From assembly GCA_035353855.1 (NCBI GenBank), contig DAOQAK010000009.1, positions 15,777-79,776 of the forward strand: 64,000 nt of DNA. Reading direction: 5' to 3'. This stretch comes from Bacteroidales bacterium (lineage in GTDB: Bacteria > Bacteroidota > Bacteroidia > Bacteroidales > CG2-30-32-10). The position numbers were made by a program, and so were the translations under genes. Under the pieces are notes generated by a model. That model was not told where the DNA came from and did no database searches. It saw only the letters and a list, made by a program, of their open reading frames with translations. Shown here in pieces: positions 46,870 to 57,040 of the stretch; the first letter of the stretch is position 1, and each line of letters begins with the position of its first letter.

Positions 46870-48177
46870 ATGAATATCAACAGAAATAATTATGAGATTT
46901 GGTTTCTCGACTTCTACGAAGGTAAGCTCAACCCTTCGCAGATTGAGGAATTGATGAATTTTCTGGATGTTCATTATGATTTGAAAGAAGAGTTTGAAAA
47001 CTTTGAAAATGTTAGCCTGCCTCCTATTAAAAAAGTTGTTTTTGACGGCAAAGAGCAGTTGAAAAAAAATATTTTAGTGAAAGTAGGCAATATCAATGAG
47101 TCGAATTATACTGATTATTTTATTGCTTACCACGAAGGCGATTTATCTGAAATAGAAAAAAATAATGTTCTACTGTTTCTTGAAAAAAATATTTCTTTAA
47201 AAAATGAATTTGAATTGTTCTCGAAAACTAAAGTTGCTCCTGATGAAAAAATAAAATTCGATTTAAAACAATGTTTAAAAAAGGAAACTATTTTATCATC
47301 TGCAAATATTAATGAGAACAATTATACCGAGTATTTTATTGCAGCTTTTGAAGGTGACCTGACTTTACAACAACATTCAGAATTAAAAGAGTTTTTAAAT
47401 AAAAATCCTCATTTAAGTAAAGAATATAATTTATTCGGACAAACAAAAATTACTTTTGATACAGCTATTGTTTTTAACAGGAAAGAACAACTTAAGAAAA
47501 CCGTATTATTGCAAAAAACGGTAAAAGTCCGCTATATGTATTATGCAATATCAGTGGCTGCTTCGTTATTGCTTATAATTTCAATATATGCTTTACTTGA
47601 CAGAAATAATGTTCAACAAATTTATACTGCTGAAAGACGAAATATCGAATTAAAAAGTAAAAATGTACAAAAAATTACTGATAAATCAGTTGACAATACA
47701 GCATCTGATAATTATGCAGACAATACTCAAAAACAAAATATTTCTAATATTTCAGATAATAAAAAAAGTATTGAACAAACTGAAAATATTTATGCTTCTT
47801 CATTGAACAATGTTTTTATAGGTAATGATGAAAAAATAGAAATATCAAAAATTACGATTTATGAAGATTTTTATGCAATGGTTCAGCGAAAGAAAGAAAA
47901 TGAAGCTGCAAAAGAAGAAAATAAGAATGATGACAATACAATATCATTAACACAATTTGCCTTATATAAAATTAAAAAATCAATTGCACCTCAGAATAAA
48001 AAAGATAAAATAAAACCCTCGGATAAGCTTACAGGATGGGATTTGGCCGATGCAGGATTAAATAAATTTAACGAACTTACAGGTGCAGAAGCAACGTTGG
48101 TGAAAAATGAAAATAACAATGGTTATAAGTTTTCATTTGGCGATAGCTTTGAATTAGCACACAATATCGGTCAGTAA
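46870..48177 (+). CDS. putative anti-sigma factor: three tandem homologous N-terminal repeats of about 75 aa, one TM helix, then a K/N-rich C-terminal region
   Basis: The stop of the sigma gene overlaps this start; repeats NI(N)xxNYxxYFxxxxEGxL...FLxxxxxLxxEFxxF...KxxFDxKxQLKK occur three times before the TM segment YYAISVAASLLLIISIYALL. Confidence 0.55.
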   Translation: MNINRNNYEIWFLDFYEGKLNPSQIEELMNFLDVHYDLKEEFENFENVSLPPIKKVVFDGKEQLKKNILVKVGNINESNYTDYFIAYHEGDLSEIEKNNVLLFLEKNISLKNEFELFSKTKVAPDEKIKFDLKQCLKKETILSSANINENNYTEYFIAAFEGDLTLQQHSELKEFLNKNPHLSKEYNLFGQTKITFDTAIVFNRKEQLKKTVLLQKTVKVRYMYYAISVAASLLLIISIYALLDRNNVQQIYTAERRNIELKSKNVQKITDKSVDNTASDNYADNTQKQNISNISDNKKSIEQTENIYASSLNNVFIGNDEKIEISKITIYEDFYAMVQRKKENEAAKEENKNDDNTISLTQFALYKIKKSIAPQNKKDKIKPSDKLTGWDLADAGLNKFNELTGAEATLVKNENNNGYKFSFGDSFELAHNIGQ

Positions 48178-48278
48178 AAGAAAAAAGTATAAAAATTATT
48201 TTTAAGCTGTAACTTTTAAAAATAGTAATTCGTCATATAAATAAGAAAACGGATTATTAACTATAAAAATAAATAACC

Positions 48279-49712
48279 ATGAAAACAAATAAATATATTA
48301 AAGCTCTTGTAAACACAGGCTTTATATTAGTGGCAGGCATAATGACAGTTTGTGCCCAGACAACTACAAATAAAACTACTCTATCCGAATTTAATTCTAT
48401 AGTTATTTCTGCTCCTGCTGATGTTATGCTTGTTCAGGGTACAGAAAATTCTATCAGTATTAAAGAAGGAGATTTACAAGATTTAGTTTCAACAGAAATT
48501 AAAGATAATGTATTGTTCATTAAAAAAGCAAAAGAAGATATTACAATTAATTTTGTAAAACTTGAAAAGCTTGAATTAATTTCACCTTGTGAAGTGAAAT
48601 GTGAAACTCCAATAACCAGCGATAACTTTGATGTAAGACTTAAAGGTGCTGCATCAGAAGCTGATTTAAATGTAAATGTGAAAAACCTTACTACTTCAAT
48701 TGAAGGAGCCGGAGACATTGAATATACCGGTACAGCCGAAACTCATAATTTAACGGTGTCAGGTGCAGGTGACGTTAGCGCATATGATTTAAAAACCAAT
48801 TCAACCGAAGTAGTAATCAATGGTGCAGGTGATGCTAAAGTCAATGCTAAACAGGAACTGAAAGGAACTATTAATGGAGCCGGTGAAATTACATATATGG
48901 AAGAACCGGTTACCAAAGACATTAAAATAAATGGAGTTGGATCTTATGGTTTAAACAATGGCGTTTCTAATTCAGATAATGGTGATACAACAAAGGTCAG
49001 ATTTGGTCATAAAAAATTATTAATCGTCGGCGATGAGAATAAACATGATTCAATAAAAAAAGCAAATCATAAAGATAAATTTAAAATATACTGGTCAGGA
49101 GTAGGCATAGGGGTTAACGGTTATTTAAATGCAAATAATAAAACTACAATACCTGCAGGTTATGATTTTCTTGACCTTGATTACAGAAAAAGTATTAATG
49201 TAAGTTTGAATCTTCTGGAGAAGAATTTCCCAATATGGAAAAACCATATCAACCTGGTTACAGGTTTAGGTTTTGATTTCAGTAATTACCGATTCAGCGA
49301 AAATTATATTCTAACTCCAAAAGCAGACTTTATTACAGCAGTTTATGATTCAGCTATAGTATATAAAAAGAATAAACTACAAACTTCGTATCTGAATGTT
49401 CCGCTTTTATTCCAGTTTGATACCAATCCTTATGGAAAACATAATCGTACAATACATTTATCAGCAGGTATTGTTGGTGGTGTAAAAATAGGTTCACACA
49501 CAAAACAGTTATACGAGATTGACGGTGTTAAATACAACCCAAAAACAAAAGATGATTTTAACCTGAACCCATTCCGCTATAGTGCTATGGTACGCGTTGG
49601 TGTTGGAAAACTTGATCTGTATGCTTCATATGCGATGAATGGGTTATTTAAAAAGGATGAAGGCCCTCAATTGTATCCATTTACAATTGGAATAAATATT
49701 GCCGGACTTTAA
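48279..49712 (+). CDS. DUF2807/GIN-domain putative adhesin head fused to a C-terminal outer-membrane beta-barrel-like domain
   Basis: Signal peptide; repeated xGAGDV/IxY strands typical of GIN/DUF2807; aromatic-rich C-terminal half. Confidence 0.5.
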   Translation: MKTNKYIKALVNTGFILVAGIMTVCAQTTTNKTTLSEFNSIVISAPADVMLVQGTENSISIKEGDLQDLVSTEIKDNVLFIKKAKEDITINFVKLEKLELISPCEVKCETPITSDNFDVRLKGAASEADLNVNVKNLTTSIEGAGDIEYTGTAETHNLTVSGAGDVSAYDLKTNSTEVVINGAGDAKVNAKQELKGTINGAGEITYMEEPVTKDIKINGVGSYGLNNGVSNSDNGDTTKVRFGHKKLLIVGDENKHDSIKKANHKDKFKIYWSGVGIGVNGYLNANNKTTIPAGYDFLDLDYRKSINVSLNLLEKNFPIWKNHINLVTGLGFDFSNYRFSENYILTPKADFITAVYDSAIVYKKNKLQTSYLNVPLLFQFDTNPYGKHNRTIHLSAGIVGGVKIGSHTKQLYEIDGVKYNPKTKDDFNLNPFRYSAMVRVGVGKLDLYASYAMNGLFKKDEGPQLYPFTIGINIAGL

Positions 49713-49740
49713 ACTCAACATATATTTTCTCCTAATATTT

Positions 49741-49770
49741 GGCCATCCTTATCATAGGGTGGCTTTTTAT
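49741..49770 (+). terminator. rho-independent terminator (GCCATCC-ttatcata-GGGTGGC followed by TTTTT)
   Basis: Read directly; one G-U pair in the stem. Confidence 0.55.
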
Positions 49771-49836
49771 TTGAAAAGAGATAAAAATATTTTTTAACTT
49801 TACGCCCTTAAATTAACCTTCAATATTTAAAAATTT

Positions 49837-50577
49837 ATGTCAGGTCACAATAAATGGTCAACCATTAAAAGGAAAAAAGGAGCCATTGATGCTAAGCGAT
49901 CAAAGGCTTTTTCAAAAATTATCAAAGAAATGACTGTTGCTGTAAAAGAAGGCGGTCCCGATCCCGATAGTAATCCACGTTTACGTCTTGCAATTGCTAA
50001 TGCAAAAGGTGTGAATATGCCTAAGGAAAATATATCCAGGGCAATAAGTAAAGCTGCCGATAAGGATTCTGCTGCTCTTTCTGAAGTTACTTATGAAGGT
50101 TATGCTCCCGGAGGTATTGCATTATTTATTGAAGCTACTACTGATAATATTCAACGAACAGTAGCCAATGTCCGTTCAATTTTTAATAAATGTAATGGAA
50201 GCCTTGGTACGAATGGTTCATTGAGTTTTATTTTTGACCGGAAAGGAATTTTTACTGTACCACAAGGCGATTTGGTTGAAGATGATTTTATTATGGAAGT
50301 GATTGATGCCGGTGCTGAAGACGTAGTGCTTGAAGATGGATTTTTCACCATTACAACAGCTATGGAAGATTTTGGTTCGATGATGAAAAAATTAGAAGCG
50401 ATGAAAATAGAACCTGAAAGCGCCGAACTGCAACGTATTCCTAAAACTACTACTAAACTGGATAAAGAATCAGCACAAAGAGTTTTGAAAATTATTGATA
50501 ATTTTGAAGACGACGATGATGTTACCAATGTATTCCATAATATGGAACTTACTGATGAATTAATGGAGGATATATAA
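49837..50577 (+). CDS. yebC: YebC/PmpR-family transcriptional regulator
   Basis: MSGHNKWSTIKRKK N-terminus is diagnostic; 246 aa. Confidence 0.9.
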   Translation: MSGHNKWSTIKRKKGAIDAKRSKAFSKIIKEMTVAVKEGGPDPDSNPRLRLAIANAKGVNMPKENISRAISKAADKDSAALSEVTYEGYAPGGIALFIEATTDNIQRTVANVRSIFNKCNGSLGTNGSLSFIFDRKGIFTVPQGDLVEDDFIMEVIDAGAEDVVLEDGFFTITTAMEDFGSMMKKLEAMKIEPESAELQRIPKTTTKLDKESAQRVLKIIDNFEDDDDVTNVFHNMELTDELMEDI

Positions 50578-50727
50578 TATATCTTTTATTTTAGAATGCC
50601 TTAATAGATATTCCAGAAGTAAAATAATGAAAGGGAGCAGGATTACAGCTCCCTTTCATTATTTGAACGAGCCTTAAAAATGAATGTGTCATTATGATTT
50701 TTTATCTTTGTATACTTTTTTATAAAC

Positions 50728-52695
50728 ATGATTTCAGTAAATAATCTTTCTGTACATTTTACCGGGACAAATCTATTCGATGATGTTTCTTTTGTTATAG
50801 CTGATAAAGACAGGGTTGGATTGGTAGGCAAAAATGGCGCTGGTAAAACCACCCTGATGCGCATTATCGCCGGAATTCAGGAGCCTGAAAGTGGAAATGT
50901 AATCATACCTTCAGGAAATACCATAGGTTTTCTTCCACAGGAAATTACTTTTGTCAATTCCGGGAAGACAGTAATTGAAGAAGCAATGACTGCATTTTCG
51001 GAAGCATTGAAATTGGAAGAAAAAATAAAAAAAGTTACTTCCGAAATAGCAAGTCGTACCGATTTTGAATCGGAAAGTTATTACAACCTTCTTCATAAAC
51101 TTACTGATGCTAATGAACGTTTTCAATTACTTGGCGGGCATAATATGCAAGGGGAAACTGAAAAAGTTTTGCTTGGGTTAGGTTTTTTACATAGTGATTT
51201 TTCACGGTCAATCTCTGAATTCAGCGGTGGATGGCAAATGCGCGTGGAACTCGCAAAAATTTTATTGCAAAAACCAAATTTTATTTTACTCGATGAACCT
51301 ACAAATCACCTGGATATTGAATCAATCCAATGGCTTGAAGATTTTCTTATAAATTATTATGGAGCTGTGATGCTGGTTTCACACGACCGTGCATTTCTTG
51401 ATAACATTACAATCCGAACAATTGAGATTTCACTAGGAAAGACATACGACTATAAAGCTTCTTATTCTGTTTATGAAAAAATGCGTACCGAACGCATTGA
51501 ACATCAGACGGCAGCCTATAATAACCAGCAAAAGCAAATCGCCGATAATGAAAAATTTATTAACAGATTCAGATACCAGGCTACAAAAGCACGACAGGTG
51601 CAGTCGCGAATAAAATTGCTTGATAAAATTGAACGAATTGAAATTGATGAAACCGATAATTCATCCATTTACTTTCGATTTCCACCGGCCCCACATTCAG
51701 GAAAAGTAATTATTGAAGCCAATCATCTTACAAAAAATTATGGCAGTCATAATATTTTAAATGATTTAAATTTTCTTATCAATAAAGGTGAACGCCTTGC
51801 TTTTGTGGGAAAAAATGGCGAAGGAAAAACAACACTTTCACGAATTATTGTTCAGGAACTTGATTATACTGGAGAAATTAAGCATGGTCATAATGTGAAA
51901 TTAGGTTACTATGCTCAAAACCAATCCGACCTTTTAAATCCTGATAAAACAGTTTTCGAAACTATCGACGATGCTGCTGTTGGTGAAATACGACCAAAAA
52001 TAAGATCAATATTAGGTTCATTCTTGTTTGATAAAGATGATATTGAAAAAAAAGTAAAAGTACTTTCAGGTGGTGAAAAGTCAAGACTGGCTTTGGCTAA
52101 GCTAATTCTTAGCCCTGTTAATTTTTTAGTTCTTGATGAGCCAACCAATCATCTCGATATGCGATCGAAAGATATTTTAAAACAAGCATTATTAAAGTTC
52201 GATGGTACACTTTTGATTGTTTCGCACGACAGATATTTTTTACACGGATTAACCAACAGGATTTTTGAATTTAAAAATCATACCATACGTGAATACCTTG
52301 GCGATATTTATGATTTTCTTAAATCAAGAAAAATAGAATCGCTTCAACAACTTGAAGTCAATAAAAAAACAACAACTCAAAAGGATAAAAAAGAAAATAC
52401 GGTTACTAATAAATCCAATTACGAAAAAAGAAAAGTAATCGAAAAAGAGCTTCGTAAAATAAAAACGCTGATTGAAAAATCGGAGGAAAAAATTTCGCAA
52501 CTGGAACAACTGGTTAAAGAAACCGACGAAAAGCTTATTAACCCTGAAACTTATAAGGAAGTTTTATCTGATAAAACTTTTTACGCTTCGTACGAAAAAA
52601 ATAAAAAATTACTGGAAGAAGAAATGAAACAGTGGGAAGAACTGCATGTTCAATACGAAGAAAAAGAATCGGAATATAACCGGGAGTTATTATGA
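50728..52695 (+). CDS. ABC-F family ATPase (tandem ABC domains, no TM, C-terminal coiled coil)
   Basis: Two Walker A motifs (GKNGAGKTT, GKNGEGKTT) and two signature motifs (LSGGWQMR, LSGGEKSR). Confidence 0.85.
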   Translation: MISVNNLSVHFTGTNLFDDVSFVIADKDRVGLVGKNGAGKTTLMRIIAGIQEPESGNVIIPSGNTIGFLPQEITFVNSGKTVIEEAMTAFSEALKLEEKIKKVTSEIASRTDFESESYYNLLHKLTDANERFQLLGGHNMQGETEKVLLGLGFLHSDFSRSISEFSGGWQMRVELAKILLQKPNFILLDEPTNHLDIESIQWLEDFLINYYGAVMLVSHDRAFLDNITIRTIEISLGKTYDYKASYSVYEKMRTERIEHQTAAYNNQQKQIADNEKFINRFRYQATKARQVQSRIKLLDKIERIEIDETDNSSIYFRFPPAPHSGKVIIEANHLTKNYGSHNILNDLNFLINKGERLAFVGKNGEGKTTLSRIIVQELDYTGEIKHGHNVKLGYYAQNQSDLLNPDKTVFETIDDAAVGEIRPKIRSILGSFLFDKDDIEKKVKVLSGGEKSRLALAKLILSPVNFLVLDEPTNHLDMRSKDILKQALLKFDGTLLIVSHDRYFLHGLTNRIFEFKNHTIREYLGDIYDFLKSRKIESLQQLEVNKKTTTQKDKKENTVTNKSNYEKRKVIEKELRKIKTLIEKSEEKISQLEQLVKETDEKLINPETYKEVLSDKTFYASYEKNKKLLEEEMKQWEELHVQYEEKESEYNRELL

Positions 52696-52715
52696 TTTTT
52701 TAACTTTACAAAAAA

Positions 52716-53807
52716 ATGCAGGAAGTAAAACTCAACATAATACCTTTAAAAGAATGGCTCAACTTTCCTGAACGTCCTTTAATTATTAGTGGTCCGTGTA
52801 GCGCTGAAAACAAAGAACAGGTTTTGCAAACTGCAAAAAAATTAGCAAAGACTGGAATTGTAAATGTTTTTCGTGCCGGGATATGGAAACCCCGAACACG
52901 CCCTGATGCATTTGAAGGTGTTGGAGAAGCAGGATTGCCATGGCTTTCGGAAGTTAAAGAAAAAACAGGATTACCTGTTTGCGTTGAAGTTGCCACACCG
53001 CAACATGTTGAAGCAGCTATTAAAAATGAAATTGATATACTTTGGCTTGGCGCCCGAACAACTGCCAATCCATTTTCTGTACAGGAAATCGCTGAAGCCC
53101 TTAAGGGATATGATATTCCGGTGATGATAAAAAATCCGGTTACTCCCGATTTAAAATTATGGATAGGCGCAATTGAACGAATCAATAAATCGAAAATAAA
53201 TAAAATTATTGCCATACATCGTGGATTCACTTCATACGAAAATACGGTTTATCGCAATGCACCTATTTGGGAAATTCCAATTGAATTGATGCGTATTTGC
53301 CCGGAGCTTCCAGTAATTTGTGACCCTAGTCACATCACAGGAAATTCAATGTTATTGGAAAGTGTTTGCCAGAAAGCACTCGACCTGGAAATGGACGGAA
53401 TGATGATTGAAACACATGTCAATCCTAAGAAAGCGCTGTCCGATGCCAAACAACAAATCACTCCTGACGAATTGGTACAGCTTATTTCAAAATTAATCAT
53501 ACGCAGCAATTATACTGAAAATACGGAGTTCACAAATAAACTGATTGAACTTCGCTCTGAAATTGATAACATTGATGTTGAGTTGATTCATCTTATTTCA
53601 AAACGTATGAAGATTATTGAAGATATTGGCAAATTCAAAAAAGAAAACAATATAACCATTCTTCAGATTCGGCGTTGGAACGATGTAGTCCGCGAAAGTA
53701 TTGAGCTTGGTGAAGAACTTGGGCTTAATCGTGAATTCTTACTAAAACTTTTACGGGTAATTCATGAAGAATCAATCCAAAAGCAAACCGATATATTTAA
53801 AAAATAA
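52716..53807 (+). CDS. bifunctional 3-deoxy-7-phosphoheptulonate synthase (type I-beta) / chorismate mutase
   Basis: N-terminal DAHP/KDO8P-synthase-like TIM barrel (PLIISGPCSAE...KPRT), C-terminal AroQ chorismate-mutase-like helical domain (LRSEIDNIDVELIHLISKRMKI). Confidence 0.7.
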   Translation: MQEVKLNIIPLKEWLNFPERPLIISGPCSAENKEQVLQTAKKLAKTGIVNVFRAGIWKPRTRPDAFEGVGEAGLPWLSEVKEKTGLPVCVEVATPQHVEAAIKNEIDILWLGARTTANPFSVQEIAEALKGYDIPVMIKNPVTPDLKLWIGAIERINKSKINKIIAIHRGFTSYENTVYRNAPIWEIPIELMRICPELPVICDPSHITGNSMLLESVCQKALDLEMDGMMIETHVNPKKALSDAKQQITPDELVQLISKLIIRSNYTENTEFTNKLIELRSEIDNIDVELIHLISKRMKIIEDIGKFKKENNITILQIRRWNDVVRESIELGEELGLNREFLLKLLRVIHEESIQKQTDIFKK

Positions 53808-53839
53808 ATATATTTACATGCCCAAATCAAACAAACAAA

Positions 53840-54004
53840 ATGTATAAAAAAGCACTATATTTTTTTATAGTAATATTTTGCTTATCACTTCCCGCCTGTA
53901 ATAAACATAAAAAAGAATCGTCAAAAGAAATTGCTGAAATTGATAGTTTAACAAATTCTCTTTCGGAGAAGATGAGTTACGATAGCATTATCGTGAAAAA
54001 ATAA
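53840..54004 (+). CDS. possible small lipoprotein (54 aa; MYKKALYFFIVIFCLSLPACNKHKKESSKEIAEIDSLTNSLSEKMSYDSIIVKK)
   Basis: Unannotated ORF below the 60-aa track cutoff with a signal peptide and LPAC lipobox. Confidence 0.3.
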   Translation: MYKKALYFFIVIFCLSLPACNKHKKESSKEIAEIDSLTNSLSEKMSYDSIIVKK

Positions 54005-54089
54005 TAAAGCGCCTTGGTTTTTATAAGATAGGATATTCAAATAAAATTAGAAATGTTGATTTTATTATATTTATAAAGGAAGATGAGAA

Positions 54090-54998
54090 TTACATATAAT
54101 TTTTCTTTTTGAAATAAAAGACAAATCCTACTACTATTAATGCCATTGATGAAGATACAATCCAGAATGCATAAGGATGGGTTTGAAAAGGGAGAACTAT
54201 ATTCATTCCGTATATACTTGCAATTAATGTCAGAGGTAGTAATATTGAAGAAATAAGTGTGAGGACTTTCATAATTTCATTTGTGCGGTTTGTTTGTAAT
54301 GAATCGAAAGTTTTTGATAAGCCTTCAACTATTTCTTTGTAGTCTTCAGTAAGGTCCCACATCTTTTGGTACTTGTCTAATATATCGCCCCAGTATTCTT
54401 CCATATCCTCTGCATATCCATGTACTTCGCCTGATTCAAATTTATGGAACACCCGAAGTTGAGGTTTAAATATAGTATCGAGAATAATTATATTGCGGCG
54501 TGTTATAGAGATTCTTTCAATGGTTCGTTCTGCTTTTTTACGAAATAATTCGGTGTTGATATGTTCTACTTCTTCACCCAGTCGTCCAATAAGATAAAAT
54601 GTTTCACCCAATAGGCGATCAAGAATTTCATAGAGCAAAATGTCGCTTGATTTTGACATTATTTCTTCTTTTACTTTTTCATTTTCCTTGGCAGCATTGA
54701 AAATATTCCGAACTATCCATTGGGAATTAGCAATTGTAATAACATATTTTTCGCCCCAGAAAACCTTTACTTCACTGGTTTTTATGAAACGGTTTGCTTT
54801 ATCGAAAATAGGAAAATGAAGGATTATAAAATAATAATCGTCGTATATATCAAGCTTCGGACGTTGGGTTTTGCTTTGAAGGTCTTCCAGGTCGAGAGGG
54901 TGGAAACTGAAGTTGTCCTGCAAAAACTGTATGTCGTTGTCGGACGGGTTTACTATGTGGTACCATTTTAAATCATTGTTATGAATAGTTTCTATCAT
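54090..54998 (-). CDS. corA: magnesium/cobalt transporter CorA
   Basis: 302 aa, two C-terminal TM helices with the YGMN signature. Confidence 0.8.
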   Translation of the reverse strand: MIETIHNNDLKWYHIVNPSDNDIQFLQDNFSFHPLDLEDLQSKTQRPKLDIYDDYYFIILHFPIFDKANRFIKTSEVKVFWGEKYVITIANSQWIVRNIFNAAKENEKVKEEIMSKSSDILLYEILDRLLGETFYLIGRLGEEVEHINTELFRKKAERTIERISITRRNIIILDTIFKPQLRVFHKFESGEVHGYAEDMEEYWGDILDKYQKMWDLTEDYKEIVEGLSKTFDSLQTNRTNEIMKVLTLISSILLPLTLIASIYGMNIVLPFQTHPYAFWIVSSSMALIVVGFVFYFKKKNYM

Positions 54999-55095
54999 AA
55001 CTCACCCCCTTTTATTAAACCTGGTTTCTACATTCCTTTAATTATTATGAATTGCAAAGTTAAATAAAAATTCAGCTTATATAAAACAAATTATA

Positions 55096-55692
55096 TTAAA
55101 CCTTCTTCCACTTCAATGTTTCAATCATGTGCTTTATATCTTTCTTCAGTAAAGAAATTACAGGCGCCAGCGAATCGTTATTAGGGGCAACATTAAAATA
55201 TAAAGCTCCACGTATAAAATTATTCGTACTGTCAGTAACATAGAATTGGTAAGAAGAAGCAGCACCAATACCTTCAATATCGTATATTATTCCATAAACT
55301 TTATTCTTGCTAATATTAATACGTGTATCATCTATATTGCTTGCTTTAGCAATATGTTTCATGGCAAGATTGTAAGCATCTTCCGAATATTTTGAAAGAT
55401 TATTTTTTACCACTTTATAGCTTAGATGCAATTGCCCTTTAAATTTTGGAAAATTAATATTTATCCAATATGGTTCAGCATTTTTTATTGAATCGGGAGA
55501 AATTTGAGAATATACAGGATACTCAAAAGAAAAAGGATAGGTAGTATCGAAAAGTTTGTATTCATTTTTAGGAAGGTCAATCCTGAAATATCCTTTTGGT
55601 TTGGGAACCGAATCGCCACCGCCACATGACAGGAACAGAGAAACACTCAACAAAATCATTAATGCAAAAATATTTTTAATTATTCGATTCAT
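55096..55692 (-). CDS. gldD: small lipoprotein, GldD-like by position immediately downstream of gldE
   Basis: Lipobox LFLSCGG; 198 aa; synteny with gldE as in Flavobacterium; no motif-level confirmation. Confidence 0.4.
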   Translation of the reverse strand: MNRIIKNIFALMILLSVSLFLSCGGGDSVPKPKGYFRIDLPKNEYKLFDTTYPFSFEYPVYSQISPDSIKNAEPYWININFPKFKGQLHLSYKVVKNNLSKYSEDAYNLAMKHIAKASNIDDTRINISKNKVYGIIYDIEGIGAASSYQFYVTDSTNNFIRGALYFNVAPNNDSLAPVISLLKKDIKHMIETLKWKKV

Positions 55693-56989
55693 CGCTGTTA
55701 TTTTTTTCGTTAAGTGTTACTTTAATTCGTTTAATGCTGCGCTTGTCGGCAGCTTCAACGGTAAAGATAAAATTTTTATAAAAAATCTTATCGTTTTTTT
55801 CGGGAATTTTACCTTCCAGTTCAAGAATCAAACCTGCCAGTGTATCTGATTCGCCTTTCTTTTCGCTGAATACAGTAGTGTCTATATTCATAATCCTGCA
55901 AAAATCATTAAGCAATGTTTTCCCTTCAAAAACAAAATTTTTCTCATCAAGTTTTGAAAAAATCACTTCGTCCGTATCGAATTCATCATTTATTTCGCCA
56001 ACGATTTCTTCAATAATATCTTCCATAGTAAGCATTCCTGAAGTTCCGCCATATTCATCAATTACAATAGCCATATGATTTTTTTTCTGACGGAATTCCT
56101 GTAAAAGGTCATCGATTTTTTTACTTTCAGGAACAAAAAACGGCGGACGCAATAATACCTGCCAGTTGAAGTCTGCTTCTTTTTCAATATGTGGCAAAAG
56201 ATCTTTAATATGTAAAATACCTGTTATATTATCTAAATTATCTTTATAAACAGGGATTCGCGAATAACCTGAATCGAGAATAATATTCATTAATTGTTTG
56301 TAATCTGTTTTTATTTCAACGGCAGTAATATCCATACGCGAATGCATCACTTCTTTTACATCGATAATATCGAATTTTACAATGCCTCTTAAAATCTTTT
56401 TGTTTGCATCGGGTGTGTCTTTTCCTGTAGTGATATCAAGTGCTGCAGAAAGGTCGGTAATGGTAATGTTGTTCTTGCGTGTAATTCGTTTATCAATTAC
56501 AGAAGTTGAGCGGATAAGCAATGAACTAACCGGGTAAAAAAGTTTTATACAAAAAACCATTGCTCTCGACATAAAAGCTGCTACCTGCAAAGCATAATGT
56601 GTAGCATAAATTTTCGGTGTAATTTCTCCTACCAGTAAAATAAGAAATGTAACCAGCACCACCTGAATAATAAATGCAATCCATAAACTATCGCCAAAAT
56701 CAAATAAACCTGTTGTAATAAAAGAAGACAGAATAACAATACCTATATTTACAAAATTACTTGCTATCAGTAATGTTGCGAGTAAGCGTTTGGGATTTTC
56801 AAGTAATTTCAGGATAATCTTACCGGAACGGGTTTTCTTATTTTTTAATTCATTTAAATGAATCGGCTTTAATGAAAAATAAGCTATTTCTGAACCGGAG
56901 AACAGCGCCGAGAAAAATAGAAGTAAAACCATTGCAATAATTTCAATTGCAATTTCAAACGAAAAAGGTTTTAGTATCAATAATATCAT
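55676..56989 (-). CDS. gldE: DUF21-CBS pair-CorC_HlyC hemolysin-family membrane protein (GldE-like)
   Basis: 437 aa; N-terminal 4-TM DUF21, tandem CBS, C-terminal CorC/HlyC transporter-associated domain. Confidence 0.6.
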   Translation of the reverse strand: MILLILKPFSFEIAIEIIAMVLLLFFSALFSGSEIAYFSLKPIHLNELKNKKTRSGKIILKLLENPKRLLATLLIASNFVNIGIVILSSFITTGLFDFGDSLWIAFIIQVVLVTFLILLVGEITPKIYATHYALQVAAFMSRAMVFCIKLFYPVSSLLIRSTSVIDKRITRKNNITITDLSAALDITTGKDTPDANKKILRGIVKFDIIDVKEVMHSRMDITAVEIKTDYKQLMNIILDSGYSRIPVYKDNLDNITGILHIKDLLPHIEKEADFNWQVLLRPPFFVPESKKIDDLLQEFRQKKNHMAIVIDEYGGTSGMLTMEDIIEEIVGEINDEFDTDEVIFSKLDEKNFVFEGKTLLNDFCRIMNIDTTVFSEKKGESDTLAGLILELEGKIPEKNDKIFYKNFIFTVEAADKRSIKRIKVTLNEKNNSDESNN

Positions 56990-57040
56990 TTCTACTTTTG
57001 AATAAAAAGATTTGTATAAATCAAAATTATAAAATAATTA

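Noticed and set aside
52706-53230. 174-aa minus-strand ORF
   Set aside because: Antisense to the well-supported DAHP synthase gene; implausible composition.
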